Below are positions 24,181-37,000 of a stretch of DNA of 64,000 bases, piece by piece (position 1 is the first letter of the stretch; each line of letters opens with the position of its first letter). This DNA comes from Paraspadella gotoi (taxonomy: Eukaryota; Animalia; Chaetognatha): positions 23,451,502 through 23,515,501 of the forward strand of contig CM119268.1 of assembly GCA_051294375.1 (NCBI GenBank). The letters run 5' to 3'. The translations under genes were made by a program, and so were the position numbers. The notes beneath the pieces were generated by a model. The model ran no database searches. It saw only the letters and a program-made list of their open reading frames with translations, and was not told where the DNA came from.

Positions 24181-24252
24181 ACTTGGAGACCAGCAAAGAC
24201 TCGTCTGGTGTTCTAAAACCCCGACCGCCCTCGTGACTAAGAGAGGGGTGGA

Positions 24253-24661
24253 CATCAACGGAATGACCGGATAAACGGGACTTGGTTGGCCTAGTGGATT
24301 GTGATTGCTTCGTCTCTCTTCAAACGAATCATCAGAATACCGACGAATCACAGACCTTACTTCAACCTTAGAATGACCAATGACCGGACAGAGGAACCGA
24401 CCCGGAGGGATTGATGGTCGAAAATTGCTAAGAAGACTCTAGGCATTCACCTCTACACCCTAAACTCAAGAAGGAACTTCTTCTTGCAAATAATTATTGA
24501 ACCTTTAATATTGTCATCACCTTTGTCTTAACTTTGTTATCGGGTCATCGTACCTATGTCATCAACGCCTAATCAATTGTCCGTCATTAAATAAACTATT
24601 TGTCAACGCAAATCTTTGCCACTTAATTTAATTACCCACGTTATTTGACTAAACGTCAACG
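24253..24661 (+). repeat. 3' LTR
   Basis: catcaacggaatg...acccacgttatttgactaaacgtcaacg, preceded by the purine tract aagagaggggtgga. Confidence 0.92.
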
Positions 24662-25329
24662 AATACATAAATTTTTTAAAGAGATTTTGGAATCACCATC
24701 TTCATCATCATCATCATCACATCATCATCATCATCATATCATCATCATATCATCATCGAATGTAAGGAATCCAGTTTCACGATTTCCGATTTTTGGCGCC
24801 GAGAAAATTAATGACCGACGACGACCGACGACGACGACGAAATTTGTTTTTCTTTTCTCAATTTTTTTTTTCAAGAATCCAATTTTTTTTTAGAGTCCTT
24901 GTCAAGATTAAATTCATTTTAATCGTTTATGCTTGTTATCATAATCATATTTTTCTTTAATAAAAAAAAATTAAACTAAATTATAGAATGAAAGCAAAAA
25001 ATTTTGAAAAAAAAAGTAATATAAGTTCAAAGCGAAATCAAAAAAGTCCAAAATTTTTGATTCTGAAGAGAAAAGGAAAAAAAATCCAAAAACCATTAAT
25101 GTTAATAACAATTTTTGCATCTGAGAGATAATTTTTGAGAGTTTTTTTCAACAAAAAAAAAACAACAATTTTTAAGAGACTACAGTTTATCAAAGATACG
25201 AAATAAAATCAATTGTTGTAGAGAAATAGATAAATGTTAAATACGCGTTGAGTAGTTAAGCGTAATACTTATAAAGTAAGTAAACAAAAAGGGAAAAAAG
25301 TTTACCTTTAAGGGAAAGGCCTTAAAACG

Positions 25330-25620
25330 TTCTTTAATCGGGTGGACGTAAAGTCGATGGCTTGGCCTTTAAGTTTAAGGGATTGGCCTTTAAGGGAGTG
25401 TCCTTTAAAGGAGTGGCCTTCAAAGGGATTGGCCTTGAAAGTAGTGGCCTTCAAAGGGATTGGGATATAAAGGAGTAGCCTTCAAAAGGATTGGCCTTCA
25501 AAGGGATTGGCCCTTAAAGGAGTTGCTTTCAAAGGGCTTGGCCTTTAAAGGAGTGGCCTTCGAAGGGATTGGCCACCAAGGAATTGGCCTTTTAAATAGG
25601 TGGCCCCGACAGTAAAGTTG
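25330..25620. repeat. About 16-bp minisatellite (ggccttcaaagggatt / ggcctttaaaggagt); noisy related block at about 29880..30000
   Basis: Direct inspection. Confidence 0.85.
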
Positions 25621-25679
25621 GTCTTTGAATGATTCTAATTATCTCCCTAATTAAGATGTTTAGATTTCCTCTCGATCTT

Positions 25680-25693
25680 GTCTCCATGGCAAC
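25680..25693 (+). promoter_or_regulatory. RFX X-box-like motif
   Basis: GTCTCCATGGCAAC matches the GTHNYY-AT-RRNAAC consensus; about 100 nt upstream of an ATG...AAG|GTGAGC exon candidate (25789-25847). Confidence 0.35.
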
Positions 25694-25859
25694 TCGACCT
25701 GATACTTTCCGTTAAAATTGGTTGATTTTGATTCATTAAAGAGATTTTACATACTTTTTATCATCTTAGATAATCCATCCTTTTCAAAATGGGTCATCTT
25801 GGAAAATCATGGCGAAAAAAAAATTGCATATTACAATGCCTGGAAAGGTGAGCATCTAC

Positions 25860-28370
25860 CGCGATGCGCAGTCACACTCAAGCTGTCCTTGATTTGGCTC
25901 CTTGTCCCGATGGACCAGCCAATGCCAACCCCATTTAGTATTGGAAGGCGATGGGATTCCTTACACCGCGTCTAATTTCGTTGTTAAATGGCATAAAAGA
26001 AGAATGGGTCAGTGCCAATAATTAAATCTTATATCATCAGTATTTTGAACTTCCACTATTTGAATGCCCTTCCAGATGTTCAAAGGTGTTCCACAACGTC
26101 TTGAGTTCAAGGTAACATCAAGTTACCATTGACGTGGGACCTTGGCGAGATGGACATCGTTGAGCTTTTCTTCGTAATCATCTTCAAGAGAGTGGATTTG
26201 TGAGTTGTCGTCGATCTGTCTTCAAATCTGACTGAATCTAGTGTGGAGAAACTGGCATAGTTTCATTATTAATGGGGATTAATCATCTATCACCTTTTCG
26301 GAACAACAGTCCTTGTTGCTACCAGTATCAGTAGCGCCGTAATAATTTTGCTGTTCTTATAGTACTCTCACCTCGCTACAATTGGCCGAAATAATTGAGG
26401 GTTGACGATTTTGCGTTGCACTTTTGGAATCGTCACTGCGGTGGAGGAAAGGCTTTGTCGTAACTGAGGGAGAGTGGTCGTCGTTGCATTGGTTGAAGAT
26501 GGCTTGAGCTGAAATCTCATGTAAAAGAGTTGGGTGACGTTTATTCTTACACTCTTCACACATAATATTTGAACAACAGTTTTGTTGAGGTATGACCCAT
26601 TCCAAAACATCCTAAAGCATTAATTTATTGGCTTTAATAAAATTCGATTTTCTTTTCATAAGTATCTTCTATAAATTGTTTACATTTATTATGGTGTTGA
26701 TTTTTCGTTGACATTTGCATTTCTTTAAAATATTCACCACCTGATTTTGGTAGAACCAGACTATCTGCATGAAGTGCTACGACCAGGAGGCTTTGAATTC
26801 GAATTTCCTGACACGCCCTGTGGCCGACACTTTTGCGACGTTTCGTCTTCTCCGTTCTGTTCTTGGAGGTGGTCTTGATTTTTGAAAATGGAAAGAATCC
26901 AACTTTTTCACATGGACGATCTAAAAAGTCTATAATTTTTAAAACCAAAAACGATCCACGTTCAATTGAATATTTATTAATGATAGGTCAATCCATTTAT
27001 TTCTAATGTGTTGGGATTCGCTTCTCTAAACTCGTTTAACTGCTTCCATAGAACGAAAATCGCCAGCATCGTGGCTCAACTCAGCTATTTCGTTCGCTTC
27101 ACGAAGTCGAAAATGAGTTCTCTCGTCTTTTTTGCTAATCATCAATATCGATTTTACCTTTTTTCAGAATCTCGGCCCAAACGTTCAGAGCTGTGTGCTG
27201 CCGATATCCCCAAGTATGACGTAGACGTTCTTTTGCCAGACTGAGAGCTTCAGGAACCCATTGACGTACTTGAATTCGCGGATGCATTGATGCTTCATCT
27301 GGTTTGTCCAGTGGAGGAGCTCGTAGTACTTAATCCTGTCAGAACACCGGAATACTTTCGACATCATTAGCAAATTGATAAAGAAATCCTTCTAAGTAAA
27401 TGGGTTTTCCTTCAAACTTATCTTTTTCATAGGCCGAATCCTGGCAAGTTGTTCTGAGATCCAAAGCGCGGAGATATCCATCTGTTGACCCAGACTTGAT
27501 TGGTATTGATTTGGTTTGCACCAGGCGGGCTGATGAGCATTTGTTGGATTTGGCTGGTAGTTCTGTTGGAGTTTGAGGTCGACCGTGACTTGGTTGAAGG
27601 ATTCTGATTCAGGATTTAATCCTTTTTATTGTTATATTATTTTTAAATTAATATTATCTGGTTGAACAATTCTCCAATGATTAGCCCAAGAATACCTTGT
27701 TGATTTGACGTACAGCATTTCATTATTATTGGAAAACTCGTGTCTTCCATCGCTCGGATCCGCGAGTGCTCAGCCAATTCTCTATCAAGGTTTCTCAATT
27801 TCTGCTCCATTAAGCATCAGCCTCTTCTTGTTGAAATTTAATTTATTCTCTTTCGTATTTTTCGGTAATTTTGCTCATGAAATTTTTTTAATTTACGCTC
27901 TTGTTTACACTTAGTATAATGGATCATACCTTGCTCTCCGTTTCTCATCCTGTCTTGAGCTAGTGATGCTTGATTATCGGCGGTTCTCCCAAGTTGAATC
28001 ATTGTCTTTGTTCGTCTCTCCAGTGGGAGCTGAAAAAATTAAAAACTTTCCTTTGGGTACAGGGAGTGAGAATGAATTTGAACTTCATGTAATCGTTTTT
28101 GTAAATTCAGTACGAAATATTTAGTTCATTTTCTATGATGTGTTTAGCAATATCATAACTTGTTTTGTGTGGGCCTGGCGATTCCAATGCTTGCGCAGTG
28201 AGTTGTTGGATTAGCAGTAGAAATGGCAAGATTCAAAATAAGGTTTGTGCTTCATTACCCTGGGGTAAGGTTGGAAGAGAATATCTCGTAATCTGAAGTT
28301 GCTTCCTTTGTTTCACTGTACAGGCTTTGGCGTCTCTTGAAGCCGTTCGAACGTCGCGGTTTGCTGGTTC
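25860..28370 (-). mobile_element. BEL/Pao LTR retrotransposon remnant (gag and protease region, truncated before RT)
   Basis: Minus-strand fragments: KFEGKPIYLEGFLYQFANDVESIP / IKYYELLHWT (DUF1759-type gag); CKQFIEDTYEKKIEFY..NKLCF and CEECKNKRHPTLLH (BEL triple zinc knuckle); D-LIIGTD...P-A--TKWGW-LAGP around 26030-25910 (BEL protease-adjacent motif); many frameshifts; no paired LTRs identified; ends approximate. Confidence 0.85.
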
Positions 28371-30754
28371 ATAGTACTGAGATAACAGCGTGGTTCAATA
28401 GAATTGACGTAAAAGTATTTATTTTGTATCCACAGCGTACAAACGTTTCTGGTATGAGCACCATCATTATTTTATCCCGTGTAAATATTCCACTGAAAGG
28501 AAGACAGCAAAGACTGATTAAACAACTCACTTGATAAAAATCTGATTAGGAAACAGACTTACGGACCCAAAAAATTTGGCGCAAGACAAATTACTTCGCG
28601 GACCGGTAATCAAATACAAGGTAGGTGCAATTGTGCCCTTGGAAAGGTCGTGGACTAGCCTCCGTTCAAGGTACGAACGATAAAATATTCAATCTGTGTT
28701 TTTAGGGGGGTGGCGACTGGTAAATCTTATCACTTTGATAAGTTTTTTTGACAACGCTGGGAGAAGCACGGATCATCTGGTTGACGTTTTTCAAAACTAT
28801 CTCACAAGGAGACAGTCCTTCTGGATCGAAATTTCAAAGGGATCCTCCCCACTCAGAATTCCTGGGATGCCCAATACGCCAGAGACCATCGTCACCCATT
28901 TGCATGTGACATCTCCAAGTCGACATGTCCAATTTCCATCAGCGGCGCCCACTGAAGTCCTTTTCTCTTTTGAGATAATGGTGATTTGGGACGCAAGACA
29001 TCTAATTTAAAAAATCAGAAAACTTAGTTAATAATTCATTGTTTGATTTATTCTTTTACCGGGCCTAATTAGTGTTTAGCTCAATAAGCAGCTTTAAGGA
29101 GTGTTTGGGTGTTAGAGCAATTCCTTGAATTTCATAGAATTAATAATCAAGACCTTGGATAAGCAGACATCTTTTTATTTGAGTACCCTTATGGACAGTG
29201 GGCAGTTGGGATATAAAAACTTTGGCGCAAATGGTCAGCTTAAGCTTAAAAGGAATTAGAAATTATACTTTTATTAAATAAAATTCACAAAATATCAAAC
29301 AGTGTTTTACCTTTATGTGTCCTTGGACCCCTAGAATACTACAAAAATGATCCCTTTTATTTAGTTAAAGAACCAATTCAGAAACTAGAGGAGCTATCAA
29401 ATTAAAATTAACTATCAGGGGACTAGGATTTATGTGCTTATAGCATCAATCTTTGTGTACTAGGACCAATTTTATAGCAATTATTTCTTTCTAACAGTAA
29501 GATAGTTGTTGCTAAGTAAGTAGGAAAACAGCAGCAGGCATGACGCGTTGCTATGGGGGAATTTTTGCTTAACCAGAATAGGACAATTCATCAACTCTGA
29601 TTGAGAGTGCCAGAAACTGAGGCATCGGTGGCTGTATTTTAAAACAAAGTTCTGGTCAATTTCGGCTACTCCAAAAGGCGCCAGTTGTCGCGCCTGGTTA
29701 AGTTTTAAGGCCGCATCTGGCCCTTATCCACGACGGTGCGTGGACTCGTCCCCTTGGTGAGAACCGATCGGCCAGTAGGCCCTTGCAAAGGGTAATCCTG
29801 GACGTCTCGCGGAACTGGCCAGGCTGGGTCAGCTGTCTAGCCTAGTAGGGTAGTGGCCTGTGGGTGAGTAGATTAGGAGTAGAGCCTTTCGGAAAGAATG
29901 AAGAGGATTGGCCTTCAAGGGCATGGGCCCTTAAGTGGAGGCCTTGGCCTTTAAAAAGGGTGCCTTGGCCGTGTTAAAGGACAGTGAGGCCTTGTCGAAG
30001 GGGCGGGAGGGCCAGCCGAGGTAGGGAACTTGGCGGCCGTGGGGTTCCTGGGAAATTTAGTGGTGGCCGCCGAGTGCAGTGAGAGTTGTCGTCTTGGAGA
30101 GATGTAGTTGGTGGCTTATGTCATGCGCTGCCCGGCTAGAGTTGTTAAGGATGTGCGGATTATAGGGGGGATAAGGGATGTTGTGGGGCGTGATGTGGGG
30201 GCCGGTGTATGGCGTGGGGGGGACGAGAGGAAGGGGTAGAGAGGGGGGAGAGGGGAGGTCAGGAAGTCGGTCAGCAGACGGAGATGATTTCGGTGGAGGG
30301 GGTCTCTATCTCTATCATCTCTCTCTCTCTCTCTCCTCTCTAATCTCCTCTGTGATTCTTCTCGTCTCTCCTCTCTCTCTCTCCTCTCTCTTTCTTCCCA
30401 ATTGCCCTAAATATTTTCCTTTTTTTCCTAATTTCTCTAAAATAAGTTTAAATAATTTTATTTTATTTTTTGTTTTGCGATTTCATCTATGTTCGGTTTA
30501 AACGAATCGCNNNNNNNNNNNNNNNNNNNNNNNNNCGGGAAATACGAAATCATAATCGATACGAATTAATATAAGAAGAATGAAATGTCATTAATATATA
30601 TTGAAAGGGTTAAAACTAGCTATCTTTCCTTATAATTCTGTCCTCCCTAAAGCTAAATATTTAGTTAAAAGAATAGAAAATATTTTTGAAAAAAATGAGA
30701 ATTAACTCAGAAAGTTTCATTTTAAAATTAATTGTAAATATAAAAATGTAAAAA

Positions 30755-30875
30755 TGCAAGATAAAGATAGGATAAGTAAAGATAAGATAAGTAAAGATAA
30801 GATAAGTAAAAATTAGATAAGTAAAGATAAGATAAGTAAAGATTAGATAAGTAAAGATAAGATAAGTAAAGATAG
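30755..30875. repeat. 15-bp minisatellite (aagtaaagataagat)
   Basis: Direct inspection; produces the TYLIF repeat in ORF 30661..30936. Confidence 0.9.
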
Positions 30876-31806
30876 AGAGAAAAACGAAAGAAAAGAATAA
30901 AAATGAATAAATGATATGATTTATGGTGTTGACCATAAGTGGAAAAAGAAAATGGAGAAATAAAAAAGAAAGAATAGTCTGAGAGAGAGAGAGATATAAA
31001 GAGAGAGGAGAGCAGGGAGAGGAGTAGGAGAAACGAGGCGAAGCCTCGCGAGATGATGGGAGGGAGGAGGAAAGGGGAGGGAGAAGGAAGAGAGAAGAAA
31101 GAGAGATACGACGAGAGAGCGAGAGACAAAGAGAAGGGCAAAAGGACCAATCGGGAAAAAAACGCAGTGATGAGATGGGCCCGAGCGGAGAGAGAGAGGA
31201 GGAAGGAGAGGAGGGAGGGGGAGAGGATCACGAGGAGAGAGAGGATGGAGGCGAAGACAGAGAGGACGGATAGAGGAAGAGGAAGAGCGAGGGAGGAGAG
31301 CGCAGAGAGACAAGAGAGAGAGAGAGAAAGAGGGAGGAGGAGGAAATAGGACTTTGCCCTCTAAAAACGATGCGTCAAAGTAGAACAAACAAAATATTCT
31401 TCCTCTCTCTCCTCTCTGCTCGTCCTTCTCTCCTCTATTTCTCTCTCTCTCTCATCTTCTCTCTCTCTCTCTTCTTTTGTTCTTGCTTTCTTTTTTATCA
31501 CTACTTTCCCCGATGAGATGACGCCGACGACAACAACAACGACGAAGGCGCGCCTAATACAATCTTTAAGAATTGTTCGCGCAGGAAGAAAGAGAACAAA
31601 GAGAAGAAGTTAAGAAGCGAACGAGAAAGAAACAATCAGATGGATCAATGGTTAGAAACAACAACAACATACAACAACACATTTTTTTTTTGGTATGCGT
31701 GCTGCTTTTCTGACGATTCTCAATTTATTTTTTTTGCTGTCTGACGTCGCGCTTCCTTAACGATTTTCTTTGTTTATGTATTGACCGGATTGCAACCACA
31801 CCCACC

Positions 31807-31843
<37 letters not shown>

Positions 31844-32570
31844 CTTCTCCTCTTCTTCTCTCTTCTCTCTCTTCTCTCTCTCTTCTTTCTGTTCTTTTTT
31901 TTCTTTTTCTTTTGTCTCGTTTACTCTTCTTTTTCGTGTGAAATTATTTTGTTAAAGTAGTTAGTTTAGAGTAACTATACATTAACTTAAGGGAAGAATT
32001 TTGACAATGTATATATCTGTAAAAACTCTGTTTATAAACGCGGTACATTGTAAGATTGGCAATTGGTATAGTTACAGTTATGGTTATTTGAACGTTTGTT
32101 AAAATTACTAAGAATTTTCGTTTTCGATCTGCCTGAGTTATCTAATCATATAGTGAACTAAGAACGATGAGTAAAAAATAGCCGCCATTTGTTAAAATTC
32201 ATAATTTTAAAAATGGATTTGGATATTTATCTCGTTTTTATTCCAACTAATGACGGATTAATTTTGCTTTTTTAAGTTAGAGTTTCATTTTTTAATATTA
32301 TATTTATTTTTTGCTGGTCTAATTATTTTCTCAGATTGAAATAAGTGCTTCTTTGCTCAGAAATCAACCTGTCGAATGAGAGAGAGTAGGAGAGGAGAAG
32401 GAGAGAGAGAGGAGAGAGGAAGGAAGAGAGAGAGAGAGAGAGAGGAGAGAGAGACACTTCCCGCCTTGACGCGTGGGTTGGTACGGGGTGATCTCACTTC
32501 CCTGTACTGAAGTGTTAATTGTCTCCTGTCGATATGTCTCTCTCTCTCTCTCTCGACCTGACTCTCTCCT

Positions 32571-32604
<34 letters not shown>

Positions 32605-33231
32605 GCTCATCCCCCTCACATTTTCATTTACATATTAGCGTATCTCCATAAACATTGAATTTGACTTGGATGAGATCGCCACTGGGAAAAGCGCGACGAC
32701 GACGATGATGACGACGACGACGATGATGACAACGACGATAACAACGAAGACGATGACAATAACGATGATGAAGACGACGACAACGAAGACGCCGACGACG
32801 ATGATGATGACGACGGCGACAATAACGACGGCGACGACGACAACGATCATGAATAAAAGATGAAAAAAAAACTTTTTTTTAAATTGAAATCAATTTTTGT
32901 TTCGCTTGAAAATTTCATCGTTTAATTATTTCTGGAAGATTAAGTTTTGAAGAGACGAGTTTTCAAAACTGGACTGAATCAATTAGGGTTTGAATATAGA
33001 GTTTTAAAAATTAAAGAGTTTTGAAATTTAAATCATTAAAAATTAGACTTAAAGGAGTAGTCCTTTTATACAATTGAAACATTCTTTTGAAAATTATATT
33101 CCACTTCATTGATAAGGACTGACTTTGGAAACGAGACTGTGAGAGAGTCTTGATTGAAAGCTCTCTTTTATATTGGTTGAATGTACCAATTTGAATTTTA
33201 TTAAATATCAGAATTATTCTTTATTTTTATT

Positions 33232-33314
<83 letters not shown>

Positions 33315-33476
33315 CAAAAAAAGAACACCCACAACTTTGTACCCAGAATCTAAACAACCACATCGATGCTCAAACAACAACAACAACAACAACAACAACG
33401 ACAACTGAATAAAAAGAAGGTCGTACGCAGGTCACGTGATAAGGTCCGCCTTCTCGAGAAGAGGGAGAGAATTTCT

Positions 33477-33514
<38 letters not shown>

Positions 33515-34019
33515 TTCATCGTCTTCGTCGTCGTCGTCGTCGCCCGTCACCCGTCACGACTTTTATGTGACATTTCCGGTGATATGAGAGGAAATGCGGT
33601 GAACAAGGAGAGAATTTGGATTGAGTAGAGGCAGAGAGAGAGAGAAAGACGAGAGAGAGAGAGTAGAGAGAAGACGAGAGAGAGAGAGAGAGAAGAGAGA
33701 GAAAGAGAGAAAGAGAAATTAGAATTAAATTAAGAATGGGCCTATGCACAGTTGTTCGTGGCGGTGTTAAAAGATTGGACTAACCTATTAGATACGATAA
33801 GTGTTTATACTTGTGTATGTGTGAGTATTGGTACACATATGTGAAAATTAAAAGATAAAAAAGAAAAGAGAGACGAGAAAAAAGAAAGTTTATGTCAACA
33901 GAGAAAGAAAGAGAAGCAACCGAGAATCCCGGCACACCGACGACGACACGACCGCAGACCGAGAGAGACGCAGAAGAGAGAGAGCTAAGACGATCCTCGA
34001 AAGCCACGCGCCCCCAATC

Positions 34020-37000
34020 AAAAACTCCTCCTCCCCCTTCCCTAAATTGACCCCGTCTGAACATAATCTTCTCTCATTAACATTCTCCGTCCAGAAGTCT
34101 TTTCCGGCCCGAATAATCACCCTTGCAAGTAGATCACTTTTGGAAAAAGATCAACTGCAAAGTTAAGATACTTTTGGAAAAAGAGATCAATTTGCAAAGA
34201 GACAATGTAGAAGGTCCTTTTGGAAAGAGAGTTCACTTGGAAAAAGATCGTTTTCAACAAAGAGATACTTTTGAAGCATATAGAGGATCATCGATTTGCA
34301 AGAGAGATTACTTTAAGAAAGGGATAATTTGTGAAAGAGATCTCAGCGCAGATAAATGGAAAAGAGATACTTAAGAAAAGTAGATCTTACCCGTTGGAAA
34401 AAGAAGATACTTATGAAGTGATAACTTAGAAAGAGATAAGCTTGGAAAAAGAAATTTTTTGTAAAAAGCGATATTTGGTGATATAGAGATCACTGCGATT
34501 GAAAAGGTGATCAGCTGCAAAGGAATTCAGCTGAAAACAGAATTATTTTTTGTAAAAGAATTATTACTTTGGTGAAAGAAGATAGGTATTGTTCGGAAAT
34601 AGATAGAGTCACATTAGCAGAAGAGATCAGTGTGGAAAGAAGTATCTTTTTGTAAAGAGATCATTTTATTTGGCAAAGGATACATGGAAAGAGATCAGTC
34701 TTGGAAAAGAATAATTTTGGAAAGAGATCTAATCTTGGAAATTCATTAAACTTTTATATCTAAACTTGAGACTTGTTTTTTATTATTTGCGGATTAGAGA
34801 AAGGGAGGGGGAGCGAGGGGAGAGAAGGAGGGAGAGGAAGAAATGATAGTGAAGAGATGAGAGTGAGAGGACAGTGATATGTGGGGAAGAGGAAAGAAGG
34901 AGGAAAGAGGAGAGGGCGAAGAGGGAGAGGGTAGGAGGAGAGGAGGCGAGGCGAAGGGGAGAGGAAGAGGGAAGAAGGAGAAAGAGAAAGGAGAAGAAGG
35001 AGGAAAGGAGGAGATTAGAGAGAGATAGAGGAGGACCAAGAAAGACGAAGAGAAAAGAGAAAGTGGAGAGAGTGGGAGATGGGAGTAGGAGAGACAGGGA
35101 AGCAGAAAGGGAAGGACAAGGGAAGAATAGAGAGCGAGGGATTAGCAAGGACAGAGAGATAGGGGACGAGAGGAGAATGAGAGGGAAGGAAAAGAGAGGG
35201 GGGAGAGAGGGATTAGTAGAAGCGAGGAAAAGTGGGGGAGAAAGATAAGAGTGTGTAAAGTGAGTAAGGGAGAAGAGGGAAAGGGGAAATGAAGAGGAGT
35301 AAGAGGGGCCGAGAGACGAAGAGAGAAAAATAGATAGGATAAAAGTAGGACAAGCGAGGAACGGGACAAAAGGTTGATAGGGGCGTGAGATTGGACGTCA
35401 AAGATATATAAGGGGCATAGAAGAGGCAAAGGGAAGGATGAATGGAAAAGAAGTAGAAAAATCGTTAAAAAAGAGAGATTATATTGTGAATAGTCAAGAT
35501 AGTCATTTTATAAAATAATATTAACATAGTCGAAATTGTAATAAAGAATAAATTGTTTTTTTAACCAACATATAGGAGATGCTGTTATAGTAATGGATTT
35601 AAGACTAGGTAATTAAGCTTTACGCGGCTATCATAACTATTTGAAATTAATTTTTAATTTATCTTGTCTTTAATTAGATTTTTTTCCGCGAACTTATTTT
35701 TTTGTAATCCGTGGTCATGAATTAACTTTGCAATATTGGTTCCTTTTTTTGGTCTGTTTCTAACTTCTCGATGAAAAATAAATATGACCAGTATTAAATA
35801 AAAGTTAAATAAAATTTTGGTTTTACATACAGTTATATTTGGTTTTACTTAGTTTTGTATGATAAAAGCCAGATAGTTTAAAAGAAAAAAAGATAGAAAG
35901 ATGAATGGAGAAACTAAAGAGTTAAAGAGTAAGAAGTAAAACATAAATTCTCTCTCGGTCTGCTTTACTCTCTCTCCTTATTCATTCTGCCCTTCCTCTC
36001 CCTCCCCTCTTTTCTCTCTCGTCTCTCCATCTTCTGGAATGAAGGACGAAAGCAGGGAATAGACAAGATAAATTGGTACCAAAAAGAGAAAAATAAGGAA
36101 CAGAAAAAAAAAATATTTTGTTGTAACAATCCTCATAATTAAAAGATAGAAAAATATTAAAAAATATCAAATAATTCTAAATTTATTTTGTTAAAATGTA
36201 TTTTTGATAATATTTTATTATATGGAATCTGCTCAAATTAAAGTGAGAAAACAAATTATATCATTTTATATTTTCTCTTCTTTACTATTTTTCTTCTCTT
36301 TCTCTTCTTCTTTTATATTATCCTGTTTCTTTCTTTAATTTCTTTTTCTTTCTTTTATTTTTTTTTTCCTCTATTTTCTTTATATCTTTATTTTTCACCT
36401 CTCATAGAATCATGAATGTGAATCTCAAGTGAACTCAAACCGAAGTTCAATTCTCCATCAAAATGTCAAACCGTAATTTTATGAACAAAAAATAAGAGAA
36501 AATGAAGAAAAGAATTCTCTCTCGTCTCTCATCAAATTTATTTCTCGCCTCTCTCTCATCCCTCTCTCAGTCACTCTCGTCTCTACTCCCTTACCGCGCT
36601 TTTCAACCTTCCACTTTTCGCTTTTTAAAACCCTGGAATCTTCTCTCCATCGGTAACATTCCCCCTCCCTCTCCTCCTACCTCCTCCTCCTTCAAACACA
36701 ACAACCAAAACATACCACACCACCACAGCGAAAAGACTAGAGACATAGCACACATGAGAGACACAACCCGCGTGAGCGTCAAGTCGCGTTCCTATCATTA
36801 TACTTACTTAACTAATTGCCTCTGTGATTTATCCCAAACTGACAGGTAATGGCCTTTATTCTATGATACAACATGTATATATATATTATTATAATATTCA
36901 TATATATTAACGTTCAATTAATAATTATATTATGTATATTATAATATTATTTTATTGTATCATTGTATCGATTTAATCATACAAATTATACAACCAATAT

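Larger units (their letters stand above)
20821..24661 (+). mobile_element. Full-length non-autonomous (gag-only) Gypsy-like LTR retrotransposon, 3.84 kb
   Basis: LTRs 20821..21217 and 24253..24661; AATAC TSD at 20816-20820 and 24662-24666; PBS 21218-21238; PPT 24239-24252; 3.0 kb interior with frameshifted gag-like coding and no recognisable RT or integrase. Confidence 0.9.

Noticed and set aside
28696-29010. 104-aa plus-strand ORF
   Set aside because: Non-ATG start, no recognisable motif, and lies antisense in the probable BEL leader/LTR region.
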